A DNA stretch of 64,000 nt from the NCBI GenBank assembly GCA_049513715.1, contig JBEKVV010000004.1:177452-241451 (forward strand). Reading direction: 5' to 3'. The position numbers were made by a program, and so were the translations under genes. The notes beneath the pieces were generated by a model. The model worked only from the letters and a program-made list of their open reading frames with translations, was not told the origin of the DNA and made no database searches. Source of the DNA: Candidatus Bathyarchaeia archaeon. GTDB taxonomy: Archaea; Thermoproteota; Bathyarchaeia; 40CM-2-53-6. This document shows, piece by piece, positions 11,401-21,050 of this stretch; position 1 is the stretch's first letter, and each line of letters opens with the position of its first letter.

Positions 11401-11828
11401 AACTCGTTGCCGACGTCTTCGTGGGCGTAGTGTACTACCAAAAGTTGCACCACATGGTCGCAGACAAGATGCACGCAAGGGCCCGCGGCCAAGTGCAAAT
11501 GCTCACTCGCCAACCAACCGAAGGGCGCGCAAGAGGCGGAGGGCTTAGGTTTGGCGAAATGGAACGTGACTGCTTGATCGGTCACGGCGCGTCAGCATTG
11601 CTTAGAGACCGCCTGCTGGAAGAGTCGGACAAGTACATGGTCATGATTTGCGAAACCTGCGGCCTCATAGCGTACCATGATGTGAAGCAGAACAAGTACA
11701 TCTGCCGTATAGACGGCGACAAAGCGGTAGTCTCTCCAGTTCAACTCTCGTACGCATTCAAACTGCTATTGCAGGAACTGATGGCGCTGGGGATTGCCCC
11801 GCGCCTAGAAGTATCGGAGCGTGCATAG
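8466..11828 (+). CDS. rpoB: DNA-directed RNA polymerase subunit B (Rpo2, unsplit)
   Basis: GDKFASRHGQKG, GGLRFGEMERD, C-terminal Zn site. Confidence 0.98.
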   Translation: MTMTSTATVSPQIWDLIKHFLEEKGLVRQHVDSYNEFIETGLQAIVDESSEIPIEIEDYPLKIKLGKIEIGTPRVTEVDGSERQIFPTEARIRNLTYAAPLHLEMTPVIGEREGQTEIVYIGDFPVMLRSKICPLSRMTPEELISIGEDPLDPGGYFIVNGAERVVVALEDLAANRILVDKEQTGVHPTYKAKIFSTTVGFRARTEVTMKTDGAIYVTMPGVPTDIPIVVMMKTLGYEEDSKIAELISTADPLQNQLASTFEKSIGVVTQRDALLYIGNRLAPGQVEDYRLKKAEAAIDRNFLPHIGRNPEDRKEKAACLAEVGCRVIELKLKMRQPDDKDHYANKRLKLAGSLLAELFRISFRNLIRDLKYQLERITIRRHAELSISNAIRPGIITERIQHAIATGNWVRGRVGVTQLLDRTNFSSTLSHLRRLQSPLSRSQPNLEARDLHPTHWGRLCPSETPEGSNCGLVKNLALSAVISIGVDSHEFVSKLRRMEVVGMEVADRKLRETGAKVFVDGLIAGYVNDAEKLAQELVRMRRNGEISSEVNIAHSPPQFEGARPELYVNCDQGRVRRPIIIVENQKPRLTREHVESIQRGEMRWEDLIDRGIVEYLDADEEENALIAPAPNRINEKTTHLEIAPYTILGIAASLIPYPEHNQSPRNAYESAMAKQALGVFCVNYANRVDSRAHILHYPQVPVVRTKPMDIIKYDSRPAGQNCVVALLCYQGYNMEDAIIINKSSVDRGLFRSTFYRVYEGECRQYLGGLRDKFEVPEAGIRGYRGDRYYRLLEEDGVISVESEVTGNSVLIGRTSPPRFLEEYREFEVKGPTKRDSSVGMRPSEEGIVDAVFLSESIEGNRLVKCRVRDIRIPELGDKFASRHGQKGVIGTLIPHENMPFTEQGVVPDVIINPHAIPSRMTIGQFVEAIAGKVASLRGEAVDGTAFSNERPGTLREMLLELGFQHSGREVLYNGVDGRKLVADVFVGVVYYQKLHHMVADKMHARARGQVQMLTRQPTEGRARGGGLRFGEMERDCLIGHGASALLRDRLLEESDKYMVMICETCGLIAYHDVKQNKYICRIDGDKAVVSPVQLSYAFKLLLQELMALGIAPRLEVSERA

Positions 11829-14800
11829 AATGGCAATGGCTGAAGAAGCGACAAAAGTAATCGGCAGTATACACTTCACACTAATATCCCCAAGCGAAAT
11901 CCGGAAACTTTCGGCTGTTGAAGTTCAAACGGCCGACACGTACGACGAAGATGGAGTTCCTATCGTATCGGGTTTAATGGACGGACGACTTGGCACACTT
12001 GAGCCGCGCCAGAAATGCAAAACCTGCGGCAACACGGCTTCAGCCTGCCCGGGTCACTTTGGGCACATTGAACTCGCAGAACCCGTTGTACACGTTGCCT
12101 TCGCGAAACTCCTTCACAAGCTGCTGCAGGTAACGTGCCGAAACTGTGGACGGGTTCTTCTCTCGGCAGACAAGATCAAAGCTTACAATGAGAGGATGCA
12201 ACGGGAGCAGAAGCAGCTTAACGAAATCCCTTCCACCTTTTACGAGGCCGTAATGAAGGACGCGAAGAAAAGCCAAGAGTGCCCGAACTGCGGAGCCCGC
12301 CAATACCCAATAGAGCACGCTAAGCCCACCACATTCCACGAAATGATAGAGGGCGGCGCCTCGAGACTGAACCCGAGTCAGATCAGGGAGCGCTTAGAAC
12401 GCATTCCCGACGACGACCTTCGGCTTCTTGGAATGGAGTCCACCGCCGCCAGACCTGAATGGATGATTCTACAAGTTCTTCCTGTTCCAGCAGTCACCGT
12501 ACGCCCCTCGATCACCCTTGAATCCGGTATCCGCTCAGAAGATGACCTCACCCACAAGCTAGTCGACATTATCCGAATCAACCAGAAGCTAAAGGAAGCC
12601 CTAGATTCAGGTGTCCCCGTAAACATCATCCAAGAACTACACGAACTCCTACAATACCACGTCACAACTTACTTTGACAACGAAGTCTCCGGCCTTCCAC
12701 CAGCCCGCCACAGATCCGGCAGAGCCCTCAAGACTCTGAGCCAACGCCTCAAAGGCAAGGAAGGAAGGTTCAGAGGTAACCTGTCAGGGAAACGTGTTGA
12801 CTTCTCGGCTAGAACTGTCATATCCCCCGACCCTAACATTGACATTAACGAAGTTGGCGTGCCAATTGATGTTGCGCAACGTCTCACCATCCCAGAACGT
12901 GTCAACCCTTGGAACATTGAAGACCTGAAGAACCTCATCAGGTCCGGCCCCGACCAGTATCCGGGTGCACTTTACATTGTGCGCCCCGACGGCCGAAGGG
13001 TAAGGCTTGAGTTCGTTACAGAGCGCGAGAGCCTAGCAGAGGCACTGCAACCAGGTTTCATAGTGGAACGCCACATCAGAGACGGCGACATTGTACTCTT
13101 CAACCGACAACCCTCGCTGCACCGCATGTCCATAATGGCGCACACCGTGAAAGTTCTACCCTACAAGACCTTTAGGCTCAACCCGTGCGTTTGCCCACCC
13201 TACAACGCCGACTTCGACGGAGACGAGATGAACCTACACGTCCCGCAGGGAGAGGAGGCGCGCACCGAAGCCAAGTTGCTAATGCAAGTACAAGACCAGA
13301 TTTTGTCCCCACGCTACGGAGGACCCATCATAGGAGCAAAGACGGACCTGCTCACAGCCGCTTACCTCTTGACGAGAAAATCAACTTACCTTCCGAAGGA
13401 AGAGGTGGGGAAGCTCATAACCGCGGCCGGGTACATGGGTGAACTTCCAACCCCAGAAATCAAGAAACCCGTTGAGCTCTGGAGTGGCAAACAAATATTC
13501 AGCCTGTTTCTACCAGCTGGTTTCAACTTCGTCGCAAAATCAAGCATGGTCACAAAGGAAGACGGCGCCTCAGTCGTTGTGAAAGACGGGCGGCTTGTTG
13601 AAGGCGTAATCGACAAGAACACAATTGGCGCAGAGCGTTCTGAGACCCTCTTCCACCGCGTCGTCAAGGACGCCGGGTCTGAAACTGGCAAGAATTTCCT
13701 GAACGGCCTAATCAAACTCTTAGACAGGTTCATCACACTGCGCGGATTCTCATACGGAATCAACGAACTCGACATTCCAGAATCTGTGCGAGACAAAATA
13801 TCCAAAGCAATCAAGAAGGCCGAGGACCATGTTCAAGAGCTGATAGACCAATACAAGAGAAGAACCTTAGAAAGGCTTCCAGGACGCTCCTTGGAAGAAT
13901 CGCTTGAACTCCGAATTATGGATGAGTTGTCGAAAGCACGCGACCAAGCAGGCGAATTGGCGGAACAGTACCTGATGACGGAGACCGACAATGCGGGTGT
14001 AATCATGACCAAAACGGGCGCCCGTGGGTCAATGCTCAACATAGCGCAAATGGTTGCCAGCGTGGGACAGCAGTCAATTCGAGGTCAGCGAATTCGACGG
14101 GGGTACAGAGGCAGAGCCCTCTCATTCTTCGACCGAGGCGATGCAGGAGCTGAAGCCCGAGGGTTCGTTTACGCCTCATACCAAGAGGGGCTGACGCCTG
14201 TTGAGTTCTTCTTCCACTCCATGGGAGGCAGAGAAGGCCTAGTCGACACGGCAGTACGAACACAGCAAAGCGGCTACATGCAACGTCGACTCATCAATGC
14301 CCTCGAACACATACGAGTCGAATACGACGGAACAGTCCGAGACTCTAGAGGAGACATAATCCAATTCAGGTACGGCGAAGACGGCGTAGACACAGCGAAG
14401 AGCGACCACGGCAAGGCCGTGAACACGGAGCGCCTCGTTGAGCGTGTCGAACTCACAATCGAAAAAGGAGCGAAGGCAAGCAAGGCCTACATTGAGAAGA
14501 AGGTCGATGATGTCGAGGACGACCTTACCCCGAGTTTATCTCAGCAGCTTAAGGGCAGCCTCACCAAAGCGAAGCTAACGCGCAAGGGCGTCGATCAAGC
14601 AGTTAAGGAGGCAGTGAAGAACTACGGGAAGTCAATGATCGAGCCCGGCGAAGCGGCCGGTATTGTATCGGCTCAGTCCATCGGTGAACCGGGTACTCAG
14701 ATGACCCTGAGAACTTTCCACTTCGCTGGTGTAAGAGAGCAAAACGTCACCTTGGGCCTGCCAAGGCTGATCGAGATAGTTGATGCAAGAAAGATTCCTT

Positions 14801-15642
14801 CCACTCCAAGCATGATTGTTTACTTGGACAAGAGATATCGCGCCAGCCGTGAGAAAGCGCAAGAAGTGGCCACGAGCATAACGCACACAAATCTCGCCGA
14901 CATCGCCTCAAGCATCGAATCAGACATCACCAAGATGCGCATCATTGTGACCCTGAACACGGAGGCCATGAAGGAGAGGGATGTAGGCCTGAAGGATGTG
15001 AAGGCCGCGGTGACTCCGGGCGGATGCAAAGTGGAGGTTGAAAGGAACACAGTGCATATCACACCGCAGGAAATGGAGATCGCACAATTCAACAGGCTCG
15101 TCTTGCGCTTACCGTTGATGCATATCAAAGGGCTACCACAAGTCAAACGCGCACTTGTCATGGAAGAGAAGGCGGGCGACAAGAACGAATGGGTAATCCG
15201 CACCGAAGGATCGAACCTTGACCTAACCCTCCGGACCCCAGGCGTCGATACCGTGAGGACAATATCGAACAACATGCACGAAGTGGCGGAGGTACTTGGA
15301 ATAGAGGCAGCCCGCAACGTAATCATAAAGGAAGCAACGGCGGTGCTCGAAGAACAAGGCCTCGACGTTGACGTAAGGCATGTAATGCTCGTTGCTGACG
15401 CAATGACCGCCTCAGGTGAAGTTCTTCAAGTCGGAAGGCACGGTGTCAGCGGGGAGAAAGCGAGCACCTTAGCCAAAGCCGCATTCGAAATCACAATACC
15501 AACGATCGTCGACGCAGCAATCAAAGGAACCCGAGACACACTACGTGGCGTCGCCGAGAACGTCATAGTAGGGCAACAGGTTCCAATGGGAACAGGTTTA
15601 ATCGAAGTCTACATGTCTATGCCAGAGAAGGCGAAGAAGTAA
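11821..15642 (+). CDS. rpoA1: DNA-directed RNA polymerase largest subunit, A' and A'' fused (Rpo1)
   Basis: NADFDGDEM catalytic motif plus A'' motif AQSIGEPGTQMTLRTFH in a single 1273 aa ORF. Confidence 0.98.
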   Translation: MHRMAMAEEATKVIGSIHFTLISPSEIRKLSAVEVQTADTYDEDGVPIVSGLMDGRLGTLEPRQKCKTCGNTASACPGHFGHIELAEPVVHVAFAKLLHKLLQVTCRNCGRVLLSADKIKAYNERMQREQKQLNEIPSTFYEAVMKDAKKSQECPNCGARQYPIEHAKPTTFHEMIEGGASRLNPSQIRERLERIPDDDLRLLGMESTAARPEWMILQVLPVPAVTVRPSITLESGIRSEDDLTHKLVDIIRINQKLKEALDSGVPVNIIQELHELLQYHVTTYFDNEVSGLPPARHRSGRALKTLSQRLKGKEGRFRGNLSGKRVDFSARTVISPDPNIDINEVGVPIDVAQRLTIPERVNPWNIEDLKNLIRSGPDQYPGALYIVRPDGRRVRLEFVTERESLAEALQPGFIVERHIRDGDIVLFNRQPSLHRMSIMAHTVKVLPYKTFRLNPCVCPPYNADFDGDEMNLHVPQGEEARTEAKLLMQVQDQILSPRYGGPIIGAKTDLLTAAYLLTRKSTYLPKEEVGKLITAAGYMGELPTPEIKKPVELWSGKQIFSLFLPAGFNFVAKSSMVTKEDGASVVVKDGRLVEGVIDKNTIGAERSETLFHRVVKDAGSETGKNFLNGLIKLLDRFITLRGFSYGINELDIPESVRDKISKAIKKAEDHVQELIDQYKRRTLERLPGRSLEESLELRIMDELSKARDQAGELAEQYLMTETDNAGVIMTKTGARGSMLNIAQMVASVGQQSIRGQRIRRGYRGRALSFFDRGDAGAEARGFVYASYQEGLTPVEFFFHSMGGREGLVDTAVRTQQSGYMQRRLINALEHIRVEYDGTVRDSRGDIIQFRYGEDGVDTAKSDHGKAVNTERLVERVELTIEKGAKASKAYIEKKVDDVEDDLTPSLSQQLKGSLTKAKLTRKGVDQAVKEAVKNYGKSMIEPGEAAGIVSAQSIGEPGTQMTLRTFHFAGVREQNVTLGLPRLIEIVDARKIPSTPSMIVYLDKRYRASREKAQEVATSITHTNLADIASSIESDITKMRIIVTLNTEAMKERDVGLKDVKAAVTPGGCKVEVERNTVHITPQEMEIAQFNRLVLRLPLMHIKGLPQVKRALVMEEKAGDKNEWVIRTEGSNLDLTLRTPGVDTVRTISNNMHEVAEVLGIEAARNVIIKEATAVLEEQGLDVDVRHVMLVADAMTASGEVLQVGRHGVSGEKASTLAKAAFEITIPTIVDAAIKGTRDTLRGVAENVIVGQQVPMGTGLIEVYMSMPEKAKK

Positions 15643-15956
15643 TGCAAACCGCCAAGGTCGATGTGAATAAGCAAATTCAGATTACAGTGAAGACTGGCAA
15701 AGTTTCCTTTGGGGTCAAGGAGGCCATTGATGCTGCAAGGTTCGCGAAAGCGAAGCTCCTAATACTCGCCGCCAATTGCCCCGCACAAGGTAGGACAGAC
15801 ATAGCCCAATACGCCAAGCAATCAGAAGTTCCAATCTTCAACTACGCAGGAACAAGCTTGGACTTGGGAGCAGCATGTCTGAAACGTTTCGTCGTTGCTG
15901 CATTGACTGTCAAAGAACCAGGGGATTCCGAGATACTGAAACTGGTAGCGCGCTAA
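15642..15956 (+). CDS. rpl30e: 50S ribosomal protein L30e
   Basis: KTGKVSFG, GTSLDLGAAC, EPGDSEIL; conserved operon position. Confidence 0.95.
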   Translation: MQTAKVDVNKQIQITVKTGKVSFGVKEAIDAARFAKAKLLILAANCPAQGRTDIAQYAKQSEVPIFNYAGTSLDLGAACLKRFVVAALTVKEPGDSEILKLVAR

Positions 15957-15959
15957 AAC

Positions 15960-16397
15960 ATGTCCACTTCAAGAATAAAGCTGGGCGGAGAAGAGATGCG
16001 GCTCATCGCCCTCTTCGAGAACATCACCGGTGCAACAGCCAACGACTGCGTAATCGACGCCGAAGACGACCGAATAATCTTCATCGCCAAACCCGGCGAA
16101 ATGGGATTAGCCATCGGCAAAGCGGGCAAGAACATCAACATGCTTCGCCAAATGACCGGGAAGCCAATTGAAGTTGTGGAATTCTCCGAAACCGCCGAGG
16201 GCTTGGTTAGGAATTGCTTGGCCCCAGCTAAAATCAAAGAGATCAGGGTCACCGAACGCCCTGACAGGAAGATCATCGTGGTCGAAGTCGACCCCAAGGA
16301 CAAGGCGCTAGCCATCGGCAAAAACGGGAGAACGATCGACAAAACCCGAATGCTCGCCAAGCGTTACTATCAAATCGACCACGTCCAAATCGCCTAA
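15960..16397 (+). CDS. nusA: Archaeal NusA (KH domains)
   Basis: Two AIGKxG KH motifs; follows L30e. Confidence 0.95.
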   Translation: MSTSRIKLGGEEMRLIALFENITGATANDCVIDAEDDRIIFIAKPGEMGLAIGKAGKNINMLRQMTGKPIEVVEFSETAEGLVRNCLAPAKIKEIRVTERPDRKIIVVEVDPKDKALAIGKNGRTIDKTRMLAKRYYQIDHVQIA

Positions 16398-16531
16398 CCC
16401 TCACACAGACAAGGTTTTGCGGCTCCACACGGCCGTTAATCGTGTGAATGACCGATAACTGCTTGCCCTATTTTGTGGGCATTTGAGCTTTTATCGCACT
16501 ACGAACCGCTTAGGCAAAGAGGCCTGCGATA

Positions 16532-17446
16532 GTGGATAAGGTAAGCAAGATTTGGATTAACGGCAACCTCGTTAACTGGGACGATGCTAAGATTCATGTC
16601 CTAACCCACGCGCTGCATTATGCGACAGCGGTCTTTGAAGGACTTAGATGCTACAAGACAGACCGTGGGCCAGCAATTTTCAGACTCTATGACCACGTTT
16701 GGCGGCTCATTAACAGCGCGAAGATTTACCTCATGGCCCTTCAATACAAGCCTGATGAGATCGCAAGCGCAATCAAATCAGTCGTTAAGGCCAACGGCCT
16801 CGAACAGTGCTACATACGCCCAATTGCCTTCTACGGCTACGGTGAAATGGGCGTAAACCCGCTACCCAACAAGGTGGAGATGGCAATTGCGGCTTGGCAA
16901 TGGGATGCCTATCTCGGAAAAGACGCCGCCACGAAGGGAGTTCGATGCATGGTTTCCTCCTGGCGTAGGATCAGCCCCCTAACTTTGCCGCCCCAGGCCA
17001 AATCGTCAGCGAACTATGCCAACGGCGCACTGGCCAAGATTGAGGCTCTAAAGGGAGGATACGATGAGGCCATACTGCTCAACTCCAATGGCATGGTTTC
17101 GGAGGCCACTGGGGAAAACATATTCCGCGTCAAACGAGGCGCTCTCTCCACGCCACCAGCATCGGCCGGTATACTCCGTGGAATCACGAGAGACAGCGTG
17201 ATTCAACTTGCCTCAGATGTCGGCGTCGAGTGTAGGCGCATAGACATCTCCCGCGAAGAACTGTACACGTCTGACGAGCTATTCCTCTGCGGGACCGCAG
17301 CGGAGCTCACTCCCATCCGAGAAGTTGATGGAAGGAGTGTCAGCGATGACACCTATCCTATCACACGCAAACTCCAAGCTGCCTACAACGATGCTGTCCG
17401 GGGAAGAAACCAGAAATATTCGCAGTGGCTAGATTACGTGACCTAG
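16532..17446 (+). CDS. ilvE: Branched-chain amino acid aminotransferase
   Basis: HALHYATAVFEG, EATGENIF, ILRGITR, GTAAE. Confidence 0.93.
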   Translation: MDKVSKIWINGNLVNWDDAKIHVLTHALHYATAVFEGLRCYKTDRGPAIFRLYDHVWRLINSAKIYLMALQYKPDEIASAIKSVVKANGLEQCYIRPIAFYGYGEMGVNPLPNKVEMAIAAWQWDAYLGKDAATKGVRCMVSSWRRISPLTLPPQAKSSANYANGALAKIEALKGGYDEAILLNSNGMVSEATGENIFRVKRGALSTPPASAGILRGITRDSVIQLASDVGVECRRIDISREELYTSDELFLCGTAAELTPIREVDGRSVSDDTYPITRKLQAAYNDAVRGRNQKYSQWLDYVT

Positions 17447-17556
17447 CCGCCAGGATCATCTGTGGTTAGGAAATCGCTGTGGGGGATTGGGTTAACCCTA
17501 CAACACCTAGATGCCTTGGCCAAGCGCCTTCAACTCCAAGGCCCAAAATTCGGCAA

Positions 17557-17877
17557 TTAGGTGTTGCCTGTTCCACCACAGGTGTCGCAGGCGAGTTTTC
17601 TCCCGCACAATCTGGCCGCGAACGGGGGCCGGGGTCATTCGCTATTTCAGAAAATTCTCTTGTGCGGTCTTGACGACATGCTCGTAATCACTTTCGGACG
17701 CGAGTGCTACCCTCGGTATCACCGAGCCATCGATCGAGGTTACAACAGGGAGAAGTTCACGGTCTCGGGTGTCGTTCCAGTAGTCTGGGCCAGCGCATGC
17801 GCCAGAGTTCGTTTCTTGGATCCCTAACTCTCGAAGGAACGGGAACCTCTCTTGGTTTGAGATTAGAGTCGTCTTGA
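17557..17877 (-). pseudogene. N-terminal fragment of an ALDH7/piperideine-6-carboxylate dehydrogenase-like gene with internal stop, joined to a CxxCxGxG remnant
   Basis: Manual translation: FLRELGIQETNSGACAG...SIDGSVIPRVALASESDYEHVVKTAQENFLK*RMTPAPVRGQIVRE (TAG at 17642-17644 where Trp is expected), then KLACDTCGGTGNT* in another frame. Confidence 0.7.
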
Positions 17878-17991
17878 TGATCGGGCAGACTCCTGTACCG
17901 GGACATTGCGCCCGGCTTTATCCTTGCCTCCCAGTTCCGCTTACGAGTACGCTAACCTCACGCATGGGGCGGTTATGTTTTCTTCGCAGCC

Positions 17992-18270
17992 TTACTCAGG
18001 CGGGACCTCTATGTCGCTCTCTTTGCCCCCGGTTCCGCCGCATGCTTCACAAACGAGTTTTCCGCCACCGAAACACTCGTTACACTTGATGGACACGACG
18101 CCGCTGCCATTGCAAATATCGCATTCCAATACACCCTTCTCAGTGGTCAGTTTCCCAGTGGCCTTACATTCGTCACATTTGGAAGGGACAGAACCGGTGC
18201 CCTTGCATTTGCTGCAACTAACTTCGCCCGTACCATTACAAGTGGTGCATACCAAAATGGAAAACCTCAC
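17992..18270 (-). CDS. Small DnaJ-type Cys-rich zinc-finger protein (CxxCxGxG repeats)
   Basis: Six CxxCxxxG repeats in 92 aa; no J-domain. Confidence 0.75.
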   Translation of the reverse strand: MRFSILVCTTCNGTGEVSCSKCKGTGSVPSKCDECKATGKLTTEKGVLECDICNGSGVVSIKCNECFGGGKLVCEACGGTGGKESDIEVPPE

Positions 18271-18386
18271 TCTGACTTATCCGGTCAGTAGGCTTACAGG
18301 GGGTTCGCAGTCAACGCTTTTGAACTTTACGTAACCGACCGAAATACCTCAACCAATTCGCCATTGGTCAACTTCCTCAATTCCTC

Positions 18387-18704
18387 TTGGTCAATTCCGA
18401 AGACGGCGTTGTAAGGAGAATTCCTAAAATCTGCTTGGATCATTGTAATACTAATCTTAGCCTTCTCGAGCTTATTCGCACGGCTCTGAAGGACGCGCTG
18501 GGTATTGAAGGAAGGTTCTCCTCTCAGAAGGACACAAGGTCAAATCGGAAGGTAATCTATCAGTTGCGCATATACCGAAAGGATGCCGTCAGAAAATTCC
18601 TATTGAACGTCGAGACTCCAAAGCTTAAGCGCGAGAAGATGAAATATGTGGAAAATTGGTTGCAAGAAAAAAAGGAGAGAAAGGAAGTAGAAATTACTTC
18701 CTAG
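18387..18704 (+). pseudogene. LAGLIDADG homing-endonuclease-like domain fragment
   Basis: NSEDG...NTNLSLLELIRTAL...LGI...YQLRIYRKDAVRKFL; N-terminus appears missing. Confidence 0.55.
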
Positions 18705-19302
18705 CTTTTTCGAATCTGGCTGCCACATCGTCCCAGTTTGTAACCTTCCACCACTCATCGACGTATTTTGCCCGGTCGTTTTTATAGACCAAATAATACG
18801 CGTGTTCCCATACGTCGAGGCCTAGGAGGATTGGGAGTTGGGCTAGATGCATGAAGTTTTGCTTCTCGACTTGGGTGAGTAGCAGTTGATCGGACATGTT
18901 GTCGTAGAGTAGGAGTGCCCAGCCTGAGCCTTCGACGGTTTTGGCTGCGTCGGAGAATTGTTGCTTGAACTTGTCGAAGCCGCCGAAGTCTGCTTTGACT
19001 TTGTCTCCTAGTGCTCCGCCTGGTGTGCTGCCGCCTTTGCCTGGTGGTGCCATGTTGGGCCAGAAGATGCTGTGGAGCACGTGGCCGCCGAAGTTGAAGC
19101 TGAAGTCTCTCAAGGTTGCTTTCATGTCGACCTGCAATTCGCCTTTTCTTGCTTTGTCGAGTTTCTCGAGTGCTGCGTTGGCGCCGTTAACGTATGCAGC
19201 GTGGTGTTTGTCGTGGTGGAGCATCATGATTTGTTCAGAGATTACTGGTTCGAGGGCATTGTACTTGTATGGTAATTCCGGAAGAACGTATTTGTTTGAC
19301 AT
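18694..19302 (-). CDS. sod: Fe/Mn superoxide dismutase
   Basis: HHDKHHAAYV, HSIFW, DVWEHAYY. Confidence 0.97.
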   Translation of the reverse strand: MSNKYVLPELPYKYNALEPVISEQIMMLHHDKHHAAYVNGANAALEKLDKARKGELQVDMKATLRDFSFNFGGHVLHSIFWPNMAPPGKGGSTPGGALGDKVKADFGGFDKFKQQFSDAAKTVEGSGWALLLYDNMSDQLLLTQVEKQNFMHLAQLPILLGLDVWEHAYYLVYKNDRAKYVDEWWKVTNWDDVAARFEKARK

Positions 19303-19384
19303 GGGCGCTCACGTTTGCCACGTCCAATTTAACCTTTTCATTAAACTAAGAAAACTATTTGACGTGAAAAATCTGCAGAGTTGC

Positions 19385-19792
19385 CTAGACCAGTTGCTTC
19401 ACGTCGTCTGTGACGGCTTGGCCTAGGAATCCGTAGACCCCGAGCTTCAGAACCTTCAACCCTAGAAGGGCGCATTTGATTCTTGTTGGTCCAGGGTCGA
19501 TTCCGAGCAGGTTAAGGACGTCGGGTTTGCTTAGGGCTTTGACTTGGTCGAGTGTCTTGCCTTTGGCGGCTTCGGTCAGCATTGAGGCGGATGCTTGGCT
19601 GATGGCGCAGCCTCTGCCCTTGAACCGCAGATCCTCAACCTTTCCATCCTTGATCTTCAGTTGCATTTCGATGATGTCGCCGCAGAGGGGGTTTGAGTCT
19701 TTGACGCGAACATCAGGGTCTTGAAGGTCGCCGAAGTTGCGCGGGTTTCGGTAGTAGTCGAGGATAATATCCTTGTAGATGTCCGAACTCAT
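19385..19792 (-). CDS. sufU: SufU/IscU Fe-S scaffold or sulfur-transfer protein
   Basis: NPLCGD, GCAISQASAS, RIKCALL. Confidence 0.92.
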   Translation of the reverse strand: MSSDIYKDIILDYYRNPRNFGDLQDPDVRVKDSNPLCGDIIEMQLKIKDGKVEDLRFKGRGCAISQASASMLTEAAKGKTLDQVKALSKPDVLNLLGIDPGPTRIKCALLGLKVLKLGVYGFLGQAVTDDVKQLV

Positions 19793-21033
19793 CTGTCGAA
19801 TAGCTTCCTGGCTTTCTCGAGGGCGTTGATGAACACATCAACTTCCTCTTTAGTGTTATAGATGTAGAAGCTGGCCCTAGTCGCTGCGGGTATGTCCAAG
19901 AATTCCATTAGCGGTTGGGCGCAATGGTGCCCCGACCTCACCGCAATCCCATCCTCGTCGAGGATTGAGGCAAGATCGTGGGCGTGGATGTCCCCCAAGT
20001 TGAAGGAGAGTACACCGACTCTGCGATTGACATCTTTGGAGCCGTATACAACTGTGCCCTTGACACCTGCCATTTTGTCCAGCGCGTAAGCGGTAATCTG
20101 CTTTTCGTGGTCGAGCACATTCTGCATGCCTATCTTCCGGAGATAGTCGACTGCAGCTCCAAGTCCTATGGCACCGGCGATGTTCGGCGTCCCAGCCTCG
20201 AATTTGTACGGAATCTCCTTCCAGGATGCGCCGGTCGTGTGAACCTCCTTAATCATCTCCCCCCCACCGAGAAACGGGGGCATCTTCTCCAAAATGTCAC
20301 GCTTGCCGTAGAGGACGCCGATTCCTGTAGGCCCCAGCATCTTATGCCCAGAGAACGCCATGAAGTCACAATCAATATCTTTGGCGTCGACGCGCATGTG
20401 CGGAACGGACTGGGCTGCATCAACGAAACACAGGGCGCCTACCCGGTGCGCTGCTTTCGCAATATCCTTTACAGGGTTAATTGTTCCGATCACATTAGAT
20501 GCGTGAACCACGCAAACAATCTTGGTTTTCTCATCGATTAGTTCCTGAATTTCGTTCTCCCGTAGGAATCCGTTTTGGTCAATTTTGATGAATTCGACCT
20601 GAGCCTCCTTCTCTTGAGCGAGTAACTGCCATGGAACAATGTTGCTGTGGTGTTCCATTATGGTTAGAACTATTTTGTCGCCTTTCTCAATGTTGGTGCG
20701 GCCCCAGGCGTAGGCCACTAGGTTCATGGCCTCAGTCGCATTTCGGGTAAATACAATCTCCTCGGTGTGCTTGGCGTTTATGAACTTCCCAACGTTCTCC
20801 CGAGCATTCTCATGTGCGACTGTCGCTTCCTCAGCAAGTTTGTGGATGCCGCGGTGAATGTTTGCGTTGTACTCCAGGTAGAACTTATCCATGGCATCGA
20901 TTACGCAGGTTGGTTTTTGGGAAGTTGCGGCGTTGTCGAAGTATACGAGAGGTTTCCCGTTGACGTGCCGCTTGAGTATTGGGAAGTCCTCTCGAATTTT
21001 GAGAACGTTTATGGTTTCGAGCTTCTCCACCAA
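19789..21033 (-). CDS. sufS: Group II cysteine desulfurase
   Basis: YFDNAATSQKP, SGHKMLGPTG, RSGHHCAQP. Confidence 0.96.
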   Translation of the reverse strand: MVEKLETINVLKIREDFPILKRHVNGKPLVYFDNAATSQKPTCVIDAMDKFYLEYNANIHRGIHKLAEEATVAHENARENVGKFINAKHTEEIVFTRNATEAMNLVAYAWGRTNIEKGDKIVLTIMEHHSNIVPWQLLAQEKEAQVEFIKIDQNGFLRENEIQELIDEKTKIVCVVHASNVIGTINPVKDIAKAAHRVGALCFVDAAQSVPHMRVDAKDIDCDFMAFSGHKMLGPTGIGVLYGKRDILEKMPPFLGGGEMIKEVHTTGASWKEIPYKFEAGTPNIAGAIGLGAAVDYLRKIGMQNVLDHEKQITAYALDKMAGVKGTVVYGSKDVNRRVGVLSFNLGDIHAHDLASILDEDGIAVRSGHHCAQPLMEFLDIPAATRASFYIYNTKEEVDVFINALEKARKLFDR

Positions 21034-21050
21034 AGCTTAGGCCTACTGGT

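Noticed and set aside
8466..15642. Inteins in RNA polymerase subunits
   Set aside because: Lengths are normal and no splice-junction or endonuclease insertions are visible.
8610..16360. Numerous antisense and alternate-frame ORFs within the RNAP operon
   Set aside because: They overlap highly conserved genes and have no recognisable motifs.
17642..17644. In-frame TAG as pyrrolysine read-through
   Set aside because: It sits at an expected Trp codon (TGG to TAG) and the frame is truncated 14 codons later anyway.
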